The notes under the pieces: model-generated | Told to the model about the DNA's origin: nothing | The model's database searches: none | Seen by the model: only the letters and a program-made list of their open reading frames with translations | Source of the DNA: Eubacteriales bacterium | GTDB lineage: Bacteria; Bacillota; Clostridia; Christensenellales; CAG-138 | Reading direction: 5' to 3' | Length of the DNA: 64,000 nucleotides | NCBI GenBank assembly: GCA_021372675.1 | Contig: JAJFTZ010000022.1 | Coordinates: 5,152 to 69,151, forward strand | Translations under genes and position numbers: made by a program | Part shown: piece by piece, positions 26,608 to 36,955 of the stretch | How positions within the stretch are numbered: the stretch's first letter is position 1 | Layout: every line of letters begins with the position of its first letter

Positions 26608-27489
26608 ATGAAGCAGGTCAGCAAAAGCACCCTGAAGAAATCGTTTTTCAACTGGTTTTTCTGGAACGGCTGTTCACAGCAGGCGGAAACCATGCTGGGC
26701 ATGGCCTTTGGTCAATCGATGGCTCCCGTCATTGAAGAGCTGTATGAAACCAAGGAAGACCGCGCGGCCGGCCTCAAACGCCATATCACCCTTTTCAACA
26801 CCGAGTCCCAGGTCGGCTCCATCTGCAACGGCATCGCGATCGGCATGGAGGAGCAGCTTGCAAACGGCGTGGGCACCCCCGAAGCCATTCAGGAAGCAAA
26901 GGTCGCCCTGATCGGGCCTACCTCCGCCATCGGCGACTCCCTCTGGGTGGCGACCATCATACCGCTTCTGCTCACCATCTGCCTCACCATCGCGGGCAGC
27001 CTCGGCTCGGCCGCGTGGGCGGGCGCCGTCATCTACATGCTCGTCTACCCGCTGGGCACCGTTCTTTTGAGCTGGTTCCTGTTTAAGACCGGCTATAAGG
27101 CGGGCCTCGAGGGCATACAGCGCTTCATGGCCTCGGGCCGCCTCGCCCTCATCATGAAGGCCGTTTCCATACTTGGCCTCATCGTGGTGGGCGCGCTCAC
27201 GGCTACCTTCGTCACCTGCTCGCTCAATGTGGACATCAAAACGGCCACGCAGGTGTTCGACGAGGCGACGCAAACCTATGTGCAGGGCACAATTTCCGTA
27301 TTCAATCTGGATAACCTATTGAATAACGTGTTCCCGAAGATCGTCCCCTTGGCGCTCACGCTGCTCGTATACAGGCTGTACGCCAAGAAGAACTGGTCGC
27401 CGCTTTCCATCATGCTGCTCATCCTTGTGCTGGCCGCAGCGCTTACCGCGATCGGGTTTATCCCGGGCATAGGTGCTTTCGCCGCATAA
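26608..27489 (+). CDS. PTS mannose-family EIID component
   Basis: 293 aa. N-terminal LKKSFFNWFFWNGCSQQAETMLGMAF is typical of EIID. Confidence 0.85.
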   Translation: MKQVSKSTLKKSFFNWFFWNGCSQQAETMLGMAFGQSMAPVIEELYETKEDRAAGLKRHITLFNTESQVGSICNGIAIGMEEQLANGVGTPEAIQEAKVALIGPTSAIGDSLWVATIIPLLLTICLTIAGSLGSAAWAGAVIYMLVYPLGTVLLSWFLFKTGYKAGLEGIQRFMASGRLALIMKAVSILGLIVVGALTATFVTCSLNVDIKTATQVFDEATQTYVQGTISVFNLDNLLNNVFPKIVPLALTLLVYRLYAKKNWSPLSIMLLILVLAAALTAIGFIPGIGAFAA

Positions 27490-27518
27490 GGCCGCAATAA
27501 AAACGTAGGAGAAAGATC

Positions 27519-28274
27519 ATGTTACAGTACTTGGAGAACATCGGTAAGGTTCTCGAAAAAATCGACAAAGAGCAAACGGAAAACATCCGGAAGGCGGCTG
27601 AGCTTTGCGCCAAGGTCATTCATTCCGGCAAGCTTGTGCACCTGTTCGGAAGCGGCCACAGCGTGCTGCCTGTGCAGGATGTGTTTCCCCGTTACGGCGG
27701 CGTCGTAGGCTGGCACCCCATTATGGACCCCCGCCTGATGTGGAACAACGTTATCGGCCCCGGCGGCGCGAGGGAACTTTTGTGGATCGAGCGCCAGGAG
27801 GGGTACATCGCCAATTTCCTCAGGAGCTACAACCTGCAGGAGGGCGAGGCCATCATCGTATACTCGCACGGCGGGCTCAACGCCGCGCCCATCGAGGCCG
27901 CCATGTATGCCAAAGAGCGCGGCCTGAAGGTGATCGTTATCACCAGCGGCGAAAACTTTAAAAAGGCCGCCCCCAACCATTCCTCCGGGAAGAAGCTTGG
28001 GGATCTGGCCGATATCCTCATCGACAACTGCTGCCCGCTCGAAGACGCGCTGGTGCCCATTCCCGGCTATTATCAGAAGGTAGGCGCTTCCTCTACGGTG
28101 GCGACCATCGTCATTTCCCAGTCCATCGCATCGGAAACGGCGCTGCGCCTGCAGAAGCTCGGCCACCCCATGCATATCTTCGTCTCCCCCAATGTTACGG
28201 AGGTTCCCAAGGAATACATGCACGAGGTATACGCAAAGTATACCGAGCTTGTCAAGGGAACGGGCAACATGTAA
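27519..28274 (+). CDS. SIS (sugar isomerase) domain protein, UPF0309-like
   Basis: 251 aa. Motifs KLVHLFGSGHS, IIVYSHGGLNAAPIE and KVIVITS are typical of SIS phosphosugar-binding folds. Confidence 0.7.
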   Translation: MLQYLENIGKVLEKIDKEQTENIRKAAELCAKVIHSGKLVHLFGSGHSVLPVQDVFPRYGGVVGWHPIMDPRLMWNNVIGPGGARELLWIERQEGYIANFLRSYNLQEGEAIIVYSHGGLNAAPIEAAMYAKERGLKVIVITSGENFKKAAPNHSSGKKLGDLADILIDNCCPLEDALVPIPGYYQKVGASSTVATIVISQSIASETALRLQKLGHPMHIFVSPNVTEVPKEYMHEVYAKYTELVKGTGNM

Positions 28275-28375
28275 ACCGGCGCGTCAACCGGGGAAGGGGG
28301 AACCGCATCCGCGGTTTCCCCTGCTTTATCTTGGCAAACTTTTCTTACAATGCTATAATAAAAAGAGGTATCCTT

Positions 28376-28768
28376 ATGACAAACGTAGTTGTTTTGGGGC
28401 ATGGCGGGTATGGCACGGCGACGGAGCGCAACCTCAACATGCTTGTAGGGGCGCCCGAGGCTTTTCGCTTTATCGATTTTGACGAGCAAGACGATCTGAC
28501 GGTTTTACAGCAAAAAATAGCCGCGGTGCTTTCCGGGCTTGAAGAAAACGCGCAGGTTTTGTTTGCGTGCGACCTGACGGGCGGCTCTCCCTTCCGCGAG
28601 GCGGCGGCGCTTTGCCTTTTACACGAAGGCTGGGTTACGGTTGCGGGGCTTAACACGGCGGCCTATGCCGAAATGACCTTTAACCTCGACTTATGCCCGC
28701 TCGAGCTTGCCGAAATGGCCATGGAAACGGCGAAACAGGCCATTATGGTCTTTCCGCAGAAGGAATGA
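28376..28768 (+). CDS. PTS mannose-family EIIA component
   Basis: Starts MTNVVVLGHGGYG (EIIA-Man phospho-His context) behind AAGAGG. The longer ORF from 28331 is rejected. Confidence 0.75.
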   Translation: MTNVVVLGHGGYGTATERNLNMLVGAPEAFRFIDFDEQDDLTVLQQKIAAVLSGLEENAQVLFACDLTGGSPFREAAALCLLHEGWVTVAGLNTAAYAEMTFNLDLCPLELAEMAMETAKQAIMVFPQKE

Positions 28769-28771
28769 GCC

Positions 28772-29494
28772 ATGCGGGATTTGATCGCGTTATTAAAAGG
28801 CAATCTGTGGCTTTTCGTGCCGGCGGCGGCGCTTTTTGGGGTTACCTTCCTGTGGCTCAGGTTCCTTTCCCGCATGCGCGTAAACGCCGAGGAACAGCTT
28901 ATTAGGCTATACCGCACGGACCTTGACGCCTATATCGAACGCCTCCGCGGCAACCGCCGCCTGCGTTTGGTATTTCGCAAATCCACGCTGCTTCTTTACC
29001 TGCTGGACGGCTATATGGCGCAGGGAGACGAGGAAAACGCGCGAAAGGCCGTGGAGCGCTTGGACGCCATGCGCCTTTCGCCGCAGGAGCGGGTGGAGTT
29101 TTACCAAAAACGCCTCTCTTTTTTCGCGCAGGTGCAAAACGCCGCGGAGGCGAACAAAAGCTATACGCTTCTAGAAAGCTACTTGACGCGCATGAAAGCC
29201 GAGGGTACGGAAAAATACGCGGAGATGCTTGCCGAGGCAAAAAACATCCTCCGCATCTATATCGACCGGGACGTGAAGCTGATCGGCCCGCTCATGCAGA
29301 AGGCGGCGGGCACGAAAAACCCCGTGCTGCGCGGCGTCACGCAGTACCGCGTCGCAAAGCTCGCCTATTTTAAGGGGGATATGGAAACGGTGGAAAAATA
29401 CCTGCGCCGCGCGCAGGGGAACGTGGCGGGCACCTATTACGAGGCGGTCGTGGAAGCCGCGATCGCCGACAAAGCCGTTTTGGAAAGCAAATAG
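28772..29494 (+). CDS. Hypothetical membrane-anchored helical-repeat (TPR-like) protein
   Basis: 240 aa. One N-terminal TM helix, then an all-helical, repeat-like sequence. Begins 3 nt after the EIIA stop. Confidence 0.5.
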   Translation: MRDLIALLKGNLWLFVPAAALFGVTFLWLRFLSRMRVNAEEQLIRLYRTDLDAYIERLRGNRRLRLVFRKSTLLLYLLDGYMAQGDEENARKAVERLDAMRLSPQERVEFYQKRLSFFAQVQNAAEANKSYTLLESYLTRMKAEGTEKYAEMLAEAKNILRIYIDRDVKLIGPLMQKAAGTKNPVLRGVTQYRVAKLAYFKGDMETVEKYLRRAQGNVAGTYYEAVVEAAIADKAVLESK

Positions 29495-29571
29495 GCAGGG
29501 CGGCGTTCGATGACGCGGTCTCAGGCCCTAGGGGCCCGCGCGCGTAAACGGCCGGCAGTTTGGAGGCGCAT

Positions 29572-30444
29572 ATGAAGCTTTTGATGAAAATGCGGCAGAT
29601 GAAGGACCTTTCCCCGTCGGAGCGGCACATTGTGGAGTATATCTTCGAAAACATCCACGAGGTCGTAAACATCGGCATCGTTCAGCTCGCGCAAAAAACG
29701 AACACCTCCACCTCCACGCTCAAACGCCTTTGCAGCAAGCTCGATGTGGACAGCTACATCGACTTCCGCCTTCAGCTTTCCATGGAGCTGTCCGAATATT
29801 TGCACAACTCCATCCTCCAGCGCGCCAGCGAGCCCGTGGGCAGGTACGACTCCATCGAGGAGATCATCGACAAGGTCTCCAACCAGAACGCCAAGTCCAT
29901 TTTAGACAGCAGCGGCATCAACGCCAAGGAAGCCTATGTAAAGGTCATCGACATGATGATGGCCGCAAAGCGGACGGACTTTTACGGCATAGGCCCGTCC
30001 AACCTCGTGGCCGCGGACGCGGCGCTCAAATGCATGCGCCTGGGGATGCATGCCACCGCCTACAACAATCATCTTGAAATGCTCATGAATGCCAAGAACG
30101 CGCGGCCCGGCCAGCTTGCCATCCTCATCTCCTATACCGGCGAGACCGACGAGATACTCGCCGTGGCAAACGAGCTCGTGGTACGCAGCGTGCCGATGGT
30201 GTCGCTTACCTCCCTGTCGGAAAACTCCTTAAAAAAAATATGCCCTATAAACTTGTTCGTGCAGGCATCCGAATCGTGGGACAGGCTCGGCGGCATGTCG
30301 AGCCGTATTTCCACGCTGAGCGTGATCGACATTTTGTTTACGGCGCTCATCAACCGCGATTACGAGCGTTATACGCGCGTCGCCAACAGCGTCTATGTGG
30401 GCAAAAGGCTCGACGACGGCGGCCCGCTTGACCGCATCAGGTGA
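29572..30444 (+). CDS. MurR/RpiR family transcriptional regulator (HTH + SIS)
   Basis: N-terminal HTH_6-like segment (LSPSERHIVEYIFEN...IVQLAQKTNTSTSTLKRLCSKL) and a C-terminal SIS domain. ATG 29572 sits behind GGAGG. Confidence 0.85.
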   Translation: MKLLMKMRQMKDLSPSERHIVEYIFENIHEVVNIGIVQLAQKTNTSTSTLKRLCSKLDVDSYIDFRLQLSMELSEYLHNSILQRASEPVGRYDSIEEIIDKVSNQNAKSILDSSGINAKEAYVKVIDMMMAAKRTDFYGIGPSNLVAADAALKCMRLGMHATAYNNHLEMLMNAKNARPGQLAILISYTGETDEILAVANELVVRSVPMVSLTSLSENSLKKICPINLFVQASESWDRLGGMSSRISTLSVIDILFTALINRDYERYTRVANSVYVGKRLDDGGPLDRIR

Positions 30445-30455
30445 TTGCCGGCGGT

Positions 30456-31850
30456 TTAAATGACCTTTCCCGGGTTTAAAATGTTCTTTTCGTCGAACAC
30501 GCGCTTGATGCCCCGCATCAGCTCGCGCTCGCGGCCGAGGCAGCGCAGCAGGTACGGGCGTTTGGCGTACCCTATGCCGTGCTCGCCCGAGACCTGCCCG
30601 CCGAGCTCATGCGCTTTTTGATACAGCTCGTCGAAGACGCGCGCCTTCCTCCGCTCAAAATCGTCCTTTGCCAGATCGTCGCGGCAAAGGTAAATATGCA
30701 CGTTGCCATCGCCCGCGTGCCCAAAGCTCGGCATGCGCAGGCGGTGCTTTTTTTCCACCTCCGCGGAAAAGCGCATCAGCTCCGCGATGCGGCTGCGCGG
30801 CACCACTACGTCGCATTCGTCCATCTCCGTGGTAGAGGCTTTGATGGCCTCGAGCAGCACGCCGCGCGCCGACCACACCATTTCATGCCGCTCCTCGGTA
30901 TCGATGAGAAAAACGTCTTTTGCGCGAAGCTCGTCCAGACACAGCTCGGCCACGGCCTCGTAATCCGCGCGCACCTGCTCCTTGGTGGAGCCGTCGAAGG
31001 TCATCAAAAGATAGGCGGGGAAGTTCGTATCCGGGAACTCCTTTTTCATGTAATCCTGCGCCATGCGTATGGCGTGGCGCTCCATGAACTCTATGGCCGT
31101 GGGCGTGGCGCGCGAGGCGATGATCTTCGGCACGCTCTCTATGGCGGTCTCAAAATCGGCATAAGGTACGAGCAGGCTCACGGTGTGCCGCGGCTTCGGG
31201 AGAAGCTTCAGCACCGCCTGCGTGACCACGGCGAGCGTGCCCTCGCTGCCGCAGATGAGGTCCTTCAAGTCGTAGCCGCTGCTCATCTTCGCGGTTTTGC
31301 CGCCGAGCGTCACCACCTCGCCGTCGGGCAAAACGCAGGTGAGGGCGCGGATGTAATCGCGCGTTACGCCGTATTTTACGGCGCGCATGCCGCCGGCGTT
31401 GGTCGCGATGTTGCCGCCTATGGTGGCGGATTTTTCACCCGGGTCGGGCGGGTAAAAAAGCCCCTGCTCCTCGAGATACCGGTTGAGCTCGAGCAAAAGA
31501 ACGCCCGCCTCTACCGTGAGCGTAAGGTTTTCCCTGTCCAGCTCTAAAATGCGGTTCATGCCCGTGGTCACGAGCAAAATGCCGCCGTAAAGCGCCACCG
31601 CGCCGCCCACAAGGCCGCTGCCGCTGCCGCGCGCCACCACGGGCAGCGTGCGCGCGTGCGCGTACCGTAAAATGGCGGATACCTCCCCGGTGGTTTCCGC
31701 AAAGCATACGGCGTCCGGCCGGGCAAATACGCCGTTCATCTCGTCGTGGCAGTAATCCTCGCCGATCCCGCCGCCCAAAAGAAGGCGCGAGGCGGGGAGG
31801 AGGTCGCTGAGAAACGCAAAATCCCGCTCGTCCATTTTGGAATAGCTCAT
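30456..31850 (-). CDS. FAD-binding oxidoreductase, GlcD / D-lactate dehydrogenase (LctD)-like
   Basis: 464 aa. FAD PCMH domain ([15 protein letters not shown]) and C-terminal [16 protein letters not shown]. Confidence 0.85.
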   Translation of the reverse strand: MSYSKMDERDFAFLSDLLPASRLLLGGGIGEDYCHDEMNGVFARPDAVCFAETTGEVSAILRYAHARTLPVVARGSGSGLVGGAVALYGGILLVTTGMNRILELDRENLTLTVEAGVLLLELNRYLEEQGLFYPPDPGEKSATIGGNIATNAGGMRAVKYGVTRDYIRALTCVLPDGEVVTLGGKTAKMSSGYDLKDLICGSEGTLAVVTQAVLKLLPKPRHTVSLLVPYADFETAIESVPKIIASRATPTAIEFMERHAIRMAQDYMKKEFPDTNFPAYLLMTFDGSTKEQVRADYEAVAELCLDELRAKDVFLIDTEERHEMVWSARGVLLEAIKASTTEMDECDVVVPRSRIAELMRFSAEVEKKHRLRMPSFGHAGDGNVHIYLCRDDLAKDDFERRKARVFDELYQKAHELGGQVSGEHGIGYAKRPYLLRCLGRERELMRGIKRVFDEKNILNPGKVI

Positions 31851-33025
31851 GCTTTCTCCTCCATACGCGATAAAAGCTCCGGCAGCACCTTTGCGCAGTC
31901 CGCGACCACGGAAACATGCGCGATGCCGAAGATGGGCGCGTTTTCATCGTTGTTTACGGCGATGATCAGCTCGCTCCCTTGCATGCCCGCGGCGAACTGC
32001 ACGGAGCCCGAAACGCCGAGCGCGATCATGAGGCGCGGGCGCACCGTGCGGCCCGAAAGGCCTATCTGACAGCGCGCATCGAAGCGCTTTGCCTCAACGA
32101 GCGGGCGCGTGCAGCCGATGGAGGCATTCAAACGCGTTGCAAGCTCCTCTACGAGCGGCAGGTCCGCGCTCCGTACGCCGCGGCCCACGGCGATCACCAC
32201 CTCGGCCTCCGAAAGGCCGTCCGCCAAACCGCGCGGGCGTATTTTAATGCTGTCGGCACCCGAGCCGAGGGGGATGCCCGATGTATCCATACGGATGATT
32301 TCCGCCGCCGCGTAAGGCGCCTCGAGCGCCGAGAATATTTTGTAGCGCACGGTGCAAAACTGCGGGCGCGCGTTTTTTGTGACGATCTGCGCCATGATGT
32401 TGCCGCCAAAGGCGGGGCGCGTCTGCACCAAATCGGTGTTTTCGCGCAGGTCGAGCATGGTGCAGTCGGCGGTAAGGCCCGTTTTCAGGCGCGCGGCCAC
32501 GCGCGGCGCGAGCGCGCGCCCGAGGTTTGTGGAGCCGGCCAGCACGCAGCTTGGGCGGACGCGGCCGATGAAATCCGCAAAGGCGTTTGCGTAATTCTCC
32601 AAGAGAAAATCGCGAAAATCGGGGCCGTCGTACACATACAGCGCGTCGGCGCCCGCGTGTTCGAGCTTCCCGACGGCCTTGTCCAAGCCGCTGCCGATGA
32701 GGAGGGCATACACCCTTTGCCCGGTCTTATTTGCCAAACGGCGCGCCTCACCCAAAAGCTCCGCCGCCACGGAGTGCAGCTTTCCGTTTACGACCTCGGC
32801 AAACACCGCTACGCCGCTCCACGCGCTTTTATCGACGCCGCCTTCCTCGATAAGCTCCACGGCGCCTTGCGCGTTTTTTACGCACAGCCTGCACATTTTG
32901 CAGCCCGCGTTGATGGCGACGCCGCCCTCTTCGGTTTGTTCAAACGCGCCGAACGGGCAGAGCGCAAGCAGGCGCTCCGTGCCGAATTCCTTTGCCTTTT
33001 GCTGGTTTACTCTGAGATATGCCAT
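31847..33025 (-). CDS. etfA: Electron transfer flavoprotein alpha subunit with N-terminal ferredoxin-like domain (LctC-like)
   Basis: 392 aa. N-terminal Cys clusters (CPFGA..., CKMCRLC), then an EtfA/FixB-like body (IAVGRGV..., [24 protein letters not shown]). 4-nt overlap with the downstream gene. Confidence 0.85.
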   Translation of the reverse strand: MAYLRVNQQKAKEFGTERLLALCPFGAFEQTEEGGVAINAGCKMCRLCVKNAQGAVELIEEGGVDKSAWSGVAVFAEVVNGKLHSVAAELLGEARRLANKTGQRVYALLIGSGLDKAVGKLEHAGADALYVYDGPDFRDFLLENYANAFADFIGRVRPSCVLAGSTNLGRALAPRVAARLKTGLTADCTMLDLRENTDLVQTRPAFGGNIMAQIVTKNARPQFCTVRYKIFSALEAPYAAAEIIRMDTSGIPLGSGADSIKIRPRGLADGLSEAEVVIAVGRGVRSADLPLVEELATRLNASIGCTRPLVEAKRFDARCQIGLSGRTVRPRLMIALGVSGSVQFAAGMQGSELIIAVNNDENAPIFGIAHVSVVADCAKVLPELLSRMEEKA

Positions 33026-33026
33026 A

Positions 33027-33803
33027 TCAGATGAACTTGCTTTCCGCTAAGATCGCGTAGATGCCCTCCGCCGCGTTTTCTTCGCGAAGACGCATGGTTT
33101 TTACGTCGCGCACGGGCGCAAACGTGCGCTCCACCTGCGTGGGGGAGCCCGAAAGCCCGTAATGCGAAGTGTTTTGATCTTCAAAATCCGCAAGCGTGAG
33201 GGTGATGATCCCGGGGTTTTTCATGGCGCGCTGCCGCTTGAAGGAGGGCAGGCGCGGGGTAAAAATATCCTTTTCCACGGCGATGAGGCAGGGGAAGCGG
33301 AGGAAAAGCTCCTGCTCAAACTCCCCGAGGTTTGAAAGAACGCGTAGGCCGTTTTCCTCGCGGCTCAAAACCGCGCAGACGTTTGCGGCGCAGGGGATGC
33401 TTAAAAACTCCGAAAGCTCCGCGCCCACCTGCGCGGTATCGCCGTCGGTGGTCTGCCTCCCGCAGAGGATGAGCTGCGGCTCCAAACGCCTTGCGGCCTG
33501 CGAAAGGGTGTAGGCCGTGGCGAAAACGTCGCTTCCCGCAAAGGCGCGGTCGGTCACGAGCACGGCGCTGTCGGCGCCCATGGCGAGGCACTCGAGCAGC
33601 GCCTCCTTCGCCGCGGGCGGGCCCATGGTGAGCACCGTCACGGTATCCTCCTCGGTTTTTAAGCGCAGCGCGGTTTCCAACGCAAAAAGGTCGTAGGGGT
33701 TGAGCTTCGTATCCGCGGAGGAGCGCAGCAACACGCCGGTCTCCTCATCCACCCGCACGTTGCCGCTTACGGGGACCTGCTTGACGCATACGAGAAATTT
33801 CAT
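33027..33803 (-). CDS. etfB: Electron transfer flavoprotein beta subunit (LctB-like)
   Basis: 258 aa. Motifs MKFLVCVKQVP, NPYDLFALE and LILCGRQTTDGDTAQVG. Confidence 0.85.
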   Translation of the reverse strand: MKFLVCVKQVPVSGNVRVDEETGVLLRSSADTKLNPYDLFALETALRLKTEEDTVTVLTMGPPAAKEALLECLAMGADSAVLVTDRAFAGSDVFATAYTLSQAARRLEPQLILCGRQTTDGDTAQVGAELSEFLSIPCAANVCAVLSREENGLRVLSNLGEFEQELFLRFPCLIAVEKDIFTPRLPSFKRQRAMKNPGIITLTLADFEDQNTSHYGLSGSPTQVERTFAPVRDVKTMRLREENAAEGIYAILAESKFI

Positions 33804-34075
33804 GCTTTCTCCGTTTTGCTTTCGATGACCGCGCGCTTTACCTTGCGGATGGACGCGGGGGAGACGGAAGGCCCGTCGTTTCTTACGAACCCGGAAACGC
33901 TTGCGGCCGCCGCGCTAGGAGGAGCGGCCATACCGTGAAGAATCCGCATCATGCCGCGTTCCGAGCCTGCCTGATAAACCCATGGTAACACCCGCAATCG
34001 CAATGCTCAAGGGGAAAAAGCGCTAAAAATTATCGTTTTTTGATCGCAAGACCCGCATCCTTCGGCGCCGCCCGC

Positions 34076-35179
34076 CTACAGCTCCAGCAGCCGGCGATAC
34101 AATTCCAATCCCTTAAGAAGAACCGCCTCGTCAAAATCAAAGGCCGCGCTGTGCAGGGGGGCGGGGCCGCCCGTCCCCAGAAAAAAGAACACCCCGGGCA
34201 CCCGCTGCTGATAGAAGGAGAAATCCTCCCCCGTGAGGAAGGGGCGGGGCAAAAGGGCCGGGGCTTTTTGGCCAAGATGGGTCAGAAGGCGGTCATACAG
34301 CCCTCCGTCATTGCGCAGGGCGGGATATCCCTCGGAAACGGATAAGGTCAGGCTGCAACCGGTCTTGTGCCCGGCTTCGCCGGCGATATGGCCGAGGGCT
34401 TCCCGCATGCGGCCGTGCATATCCGCGCTGAAGGCGCGCAGGGTGCCGCGGATGGAAGTATGGGCGCTGACGGCGTTCTCGGCCACGCCGCTTTGCATAT
34501 AGCCGAATTTGAGCAGCCGCGCCTCTTCAAGGGGCTCCATCCTTTGGGCCATTTCATATGCGCGATGTAAAAACTCTACGCCTGCGGCCAGAGCGTCCGC
34601 CCCCTCCTCCGAGCGGGTCACATGGGCGCTCTTTCCCTCGATCTCCACGCTCACGATGCCGGTCTTGGCCATGACCGGGCCGGGCCTGCTCCAAATTTCC
34701 CCCTTGGGCAGTTCCGGCCAAAGATGTATCCCGAAGATGGCGCATGCTTTATAAGCTTCCAGAACGCCGCTCTCGCAGATGGCCTTGGCGCCGCCGGTGG
34801 TTTCCTCGGCCGGCTGGAAGATCAGCAGCACATTGTGGGGAAGGTCCTTTAGGCTCTCCCGCACCAGTCCCCCAAGGGCCAGCAGAAGGGCCGTATGCCC
34901 GTCGTGGCCGCAGGCATGCATGTTGCCCGGGTGGCCGGAGGCATAGGCGGCACCCGTTTCCTCCCGCACGGGGAGGGCGTCCATATCCGCCCGGAAGGCG
35001 ACGGTATCCGCCTTACCCCCATCGAAAAAAGCGCAGACGGAGCTGGGCGCGGGGTAGAAGACCTTGCACCCGAGTTCGCGCAGGATCCCCTCCACATAGG
35101 CGGTGGTCAAGGGAAGGTCAAAGCCCAACTCTGGTATTTTATGCAGGTCCCGCCTGTACTTTTTAAGGAGTTCGATCAT
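34076..35179 (-). CDS. M20-family amidohydrolase, probable N-acetyldiaminopimelate deacetylase
   Basis: 367 aa. Motifs RRDLHKIPELGF and MHACGHDGH. Divergent from the lysC-dap operon that uses the DapH acetylase route. Function is inferred from context. Confidence 0.7.
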   Translation of the reverse strand: MIELLKKYRRDLHKIPELGFDLPLTTAYVEGILRELGCKVFYPAPSSVCAFFDGGKADTVAFRADMDALPVREETGAAYASGHPGNMHACGHDGHTALLLALGGLVRESLKDLPHNVLLIFQPAEETTGGAKAICESGVLEAYKACAIFGIHLWPELPKGEIWSRPGPVMAKTGIVSVEIEGKSAHVTRSEEGADALAAGVEFLHRAYEMAQRMEPLEEARLLKFGYMQSGVAENAVSAHTSIRGTLRAFSADMHGRMREALGHIAGEAGHKTGCSLTLSVSEGYPALRNDGGLYDRLLTHLGQKAPALLPRPFLTGEDFSFYQQRVPGVFFFLGTGGPAPLHSAAFDFDEAVLLKGLELYRRLLEL

Positions 35180-35287
35180 ATCCCTCTCCCTGCCCTCTCT
35201 TTGTGATTTTTCACGATTGTACGCTATTTTGAAAAATGGCGCAAGAATTGTCTTGACAGGAGCCCTGCCTTTGTGATACCTTTTCGT

Positions 35288-35425
35288 GCAAGATAGAGGC
35301 GCGGAAACGACGAAGTTTGCAGGAGCCGACGGGCTATGATCGCAGACCGCTGCAATTCCGCCGAATCCCTCGGATAGGTATATCCGCGGGATGGGGTTCG
35401 GGAGAATATCTCGAAAACTGTCTGC
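35288..35425 (+). ncRNA. Lysine riboswitch (L-box) aptamer
   Basis: Conserved L-box elements in the right order: GCAAGATAGAGGCGCG at the 5' end, internal CGCCGAA, and AACTGTCTGC at the 3' end closing P1. Lies upstream of aspartokinase. Confidence 0.8.
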
Positions 35426-35520
35426 AGAAATGCAGGAGCGCTGTCTGATCGATGAAGCACCCGCAATAGATTTGCCAAAGGGTCTTTCTTTCCCTTGGCG
35501 AAGCCTATCTTTGTGTGATC

Positions 35521-35556
35521 AACCGGTCGGCGTTCCGCGCCGATCGGTTTTTTTTG
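35521..35556 (+). terminator. Riboswitch expression-platform terminator
   Basis: AACCGGTCGGCG-TTCC-GCGCCGATCGGTT stem followed by a run of T, about 130 nt before lysC. Confidence 0.8.
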
Positions 35557-35683
35557 CAGAAAAGTCCTAAACGATTGCAGCTTTTGCGCTACAAATACCC
35601 CGTGTACGGTAATAACATGGTAAAAGCAGCAAACCGATGCGCTTACGGCAGGATTTTGAAGATAGAATTTTGAGGGAGACAGC

Positions 35684-36895
35684 ATGGGAGTCGTACAAAA
35701 ATATGGCGGCAGCAGCGTCGCGACCATCGAACAGCTCAGAGCTGTTGCCGAATGCGTGGCCCAAGTCAAGCGGGCGGGCCAAGATGTGGTGGTGGTGGCC
35801 AGCGCCATGGGAAAAACGACCAACCGGCTTATTGAGTTGGCGAAACAAACGGGGGGCGCGGACAGCGTCAGGGAGATGGACGCCCTGATGGCGACAGGCG
35901 AGCAGACCACCATTTCCCTGCTGGCTATGGCCCTGCAGGGTATGGGCATACCGGCCGTATCCCTTACGGGCGGGCAGTGCGGCTTCGTGACCAACGATAA
36001 CCACACCCGGGCCAAGATCATGGATATCCGAACGGATACCCTGCAAAAGCATATCGGCGAGGGCAAGGTGGTGGTGGTGGCCGGCTTTCAGGGCACGGAC
36101 GCGGCGGGGAACATCACCACCCTGGGCCGCGGCGGGTCGGATACCACAGCCGTGGCCCTGGCGGCTAAGCTTGGGTGGGATTGCGAAATCTACACGGATG
36201 TGGAAGGCATCTTCTCCATCGACCCCCGCCGCTGCCCCGGCGCCAAGGCCCTCCGCCGCATCACCTATGACGAGATGATGGAAATGGCGGCTCTGGGCGC
36301 GGGCGTGTTGGAAACCAGAAGCGTGGAGCTGGCCAAGAAGTATCGCGTGCGGCTGTACTTGGGCCGTTCTCTGGAAAACGACAAAACGAAAGGAACGTAT
36401 ATTATGGAAAAGGACAATACCTTTGAATATATGCCCGTTACCGGCATCAGCCTATCCGAGCGCTGCGCCGTGCTCAACATCACCAACGCCCCCGCGGACG
36501 GAAGCTGCGTGAGCAGCCTGTTTGCCATCGTATCCAAGCTGGATATCAACGTGGACCTTATCTCGCAGCAGCTTCTTTCGGACGGCAGCATCGCCCTTTC
36601 CTTCAGCTGCAAGCCGGACGACGCGCAGCTCCTGCTCAGGGCCTGCGCCGAAAGGGGCTTCCCCTACGAATTGAGGCTGCAAAGCACTTTGGGCAAAATC
36701 TCTTTGGTGGGCGTGGGCATGATCACGCACAGCGGCATTGCCAACCGGGCCTTTGATACGCTTTACCGCAACGGCATTCGCTATTACCAGATCAGCACCT
36801 CCGAGATATCCATATCCATCACCGTGGAGGGGGAGAATCTGGAGCGGGCCGCCCGCTTGCTTTCGGAAGAATTCGAGCTTTGTCAAGGCGCGTAA
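35684..36895 (+). CDS. lysC: Aspartate kinase
   Basis: 403 aa. N-terminal VVQKYGGSSV, kinase domain and two C-terminal ACT-like regions. Confidence 0.9.
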   Translation: MGVVQKYGGSSVATIEQLRAVAECVAQVKRAGQDVVVVASAMGKTTNRLIELAKQTGGADSVREMDALMATGEQTTISLLAMALQGMGIPAVSLTGGQCGFVTNDNHTRAKIMDIRTDTLQKHIGEGKVVVVAGFQGTDAAGNITTLGRGGSDTTAVALAAKLGWDCEIYTDVEGIFSIDPRRCPGAKALRRITYDEMMEMAALGAGVLETRSVELAKKYRVRLYLGRSLENDKTKGTYIMEKDNTFEYMPVTGISLSERCAVLNITNAPADGSCVSSLFAIVSKLDINVDLISQQLLSDGSIALSFSCKPDDAQLLLRACAERGFPYELRLQSTLGKISLVGVGMITHSGIANRAFDTLYRNGIRYYQISTSEISISITVEGENLERAARLLSEEFELCQGA

Positions 36896-36955
36896 TCCTT
36901 TGCGCTGCGCGAACGCAGGACAGACCTAAAATATTTTGAGAGGCGGATAAAAACC

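Noticed and set aside
30579-33034. Two long plus-strand ORFs (322 and 372 aa) opposite the lactate dehydrogenase and EtfA genes
   Set aside because: Both are antisense shadows with Arg/Ala/His-rich composition. The minus-strand products carry clear FAD-oxidase and Etf motifs.
33800-34003. 67-aa minus-strand ORF ending in an overlap with the etfB start
   Set aside because: No SD, no family signature, and odd composition (Ala/Ser/Pro-rich). It may be a gene remnant but cannot be supported from sequence alone.
35224-36066. 280-aa minus-strand ORF covering the L-box and the start of lysC
   Set aside because: It runs through a recognisable riboswitch and terminator and is antisense to aspartokinase. 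It has no motifs.
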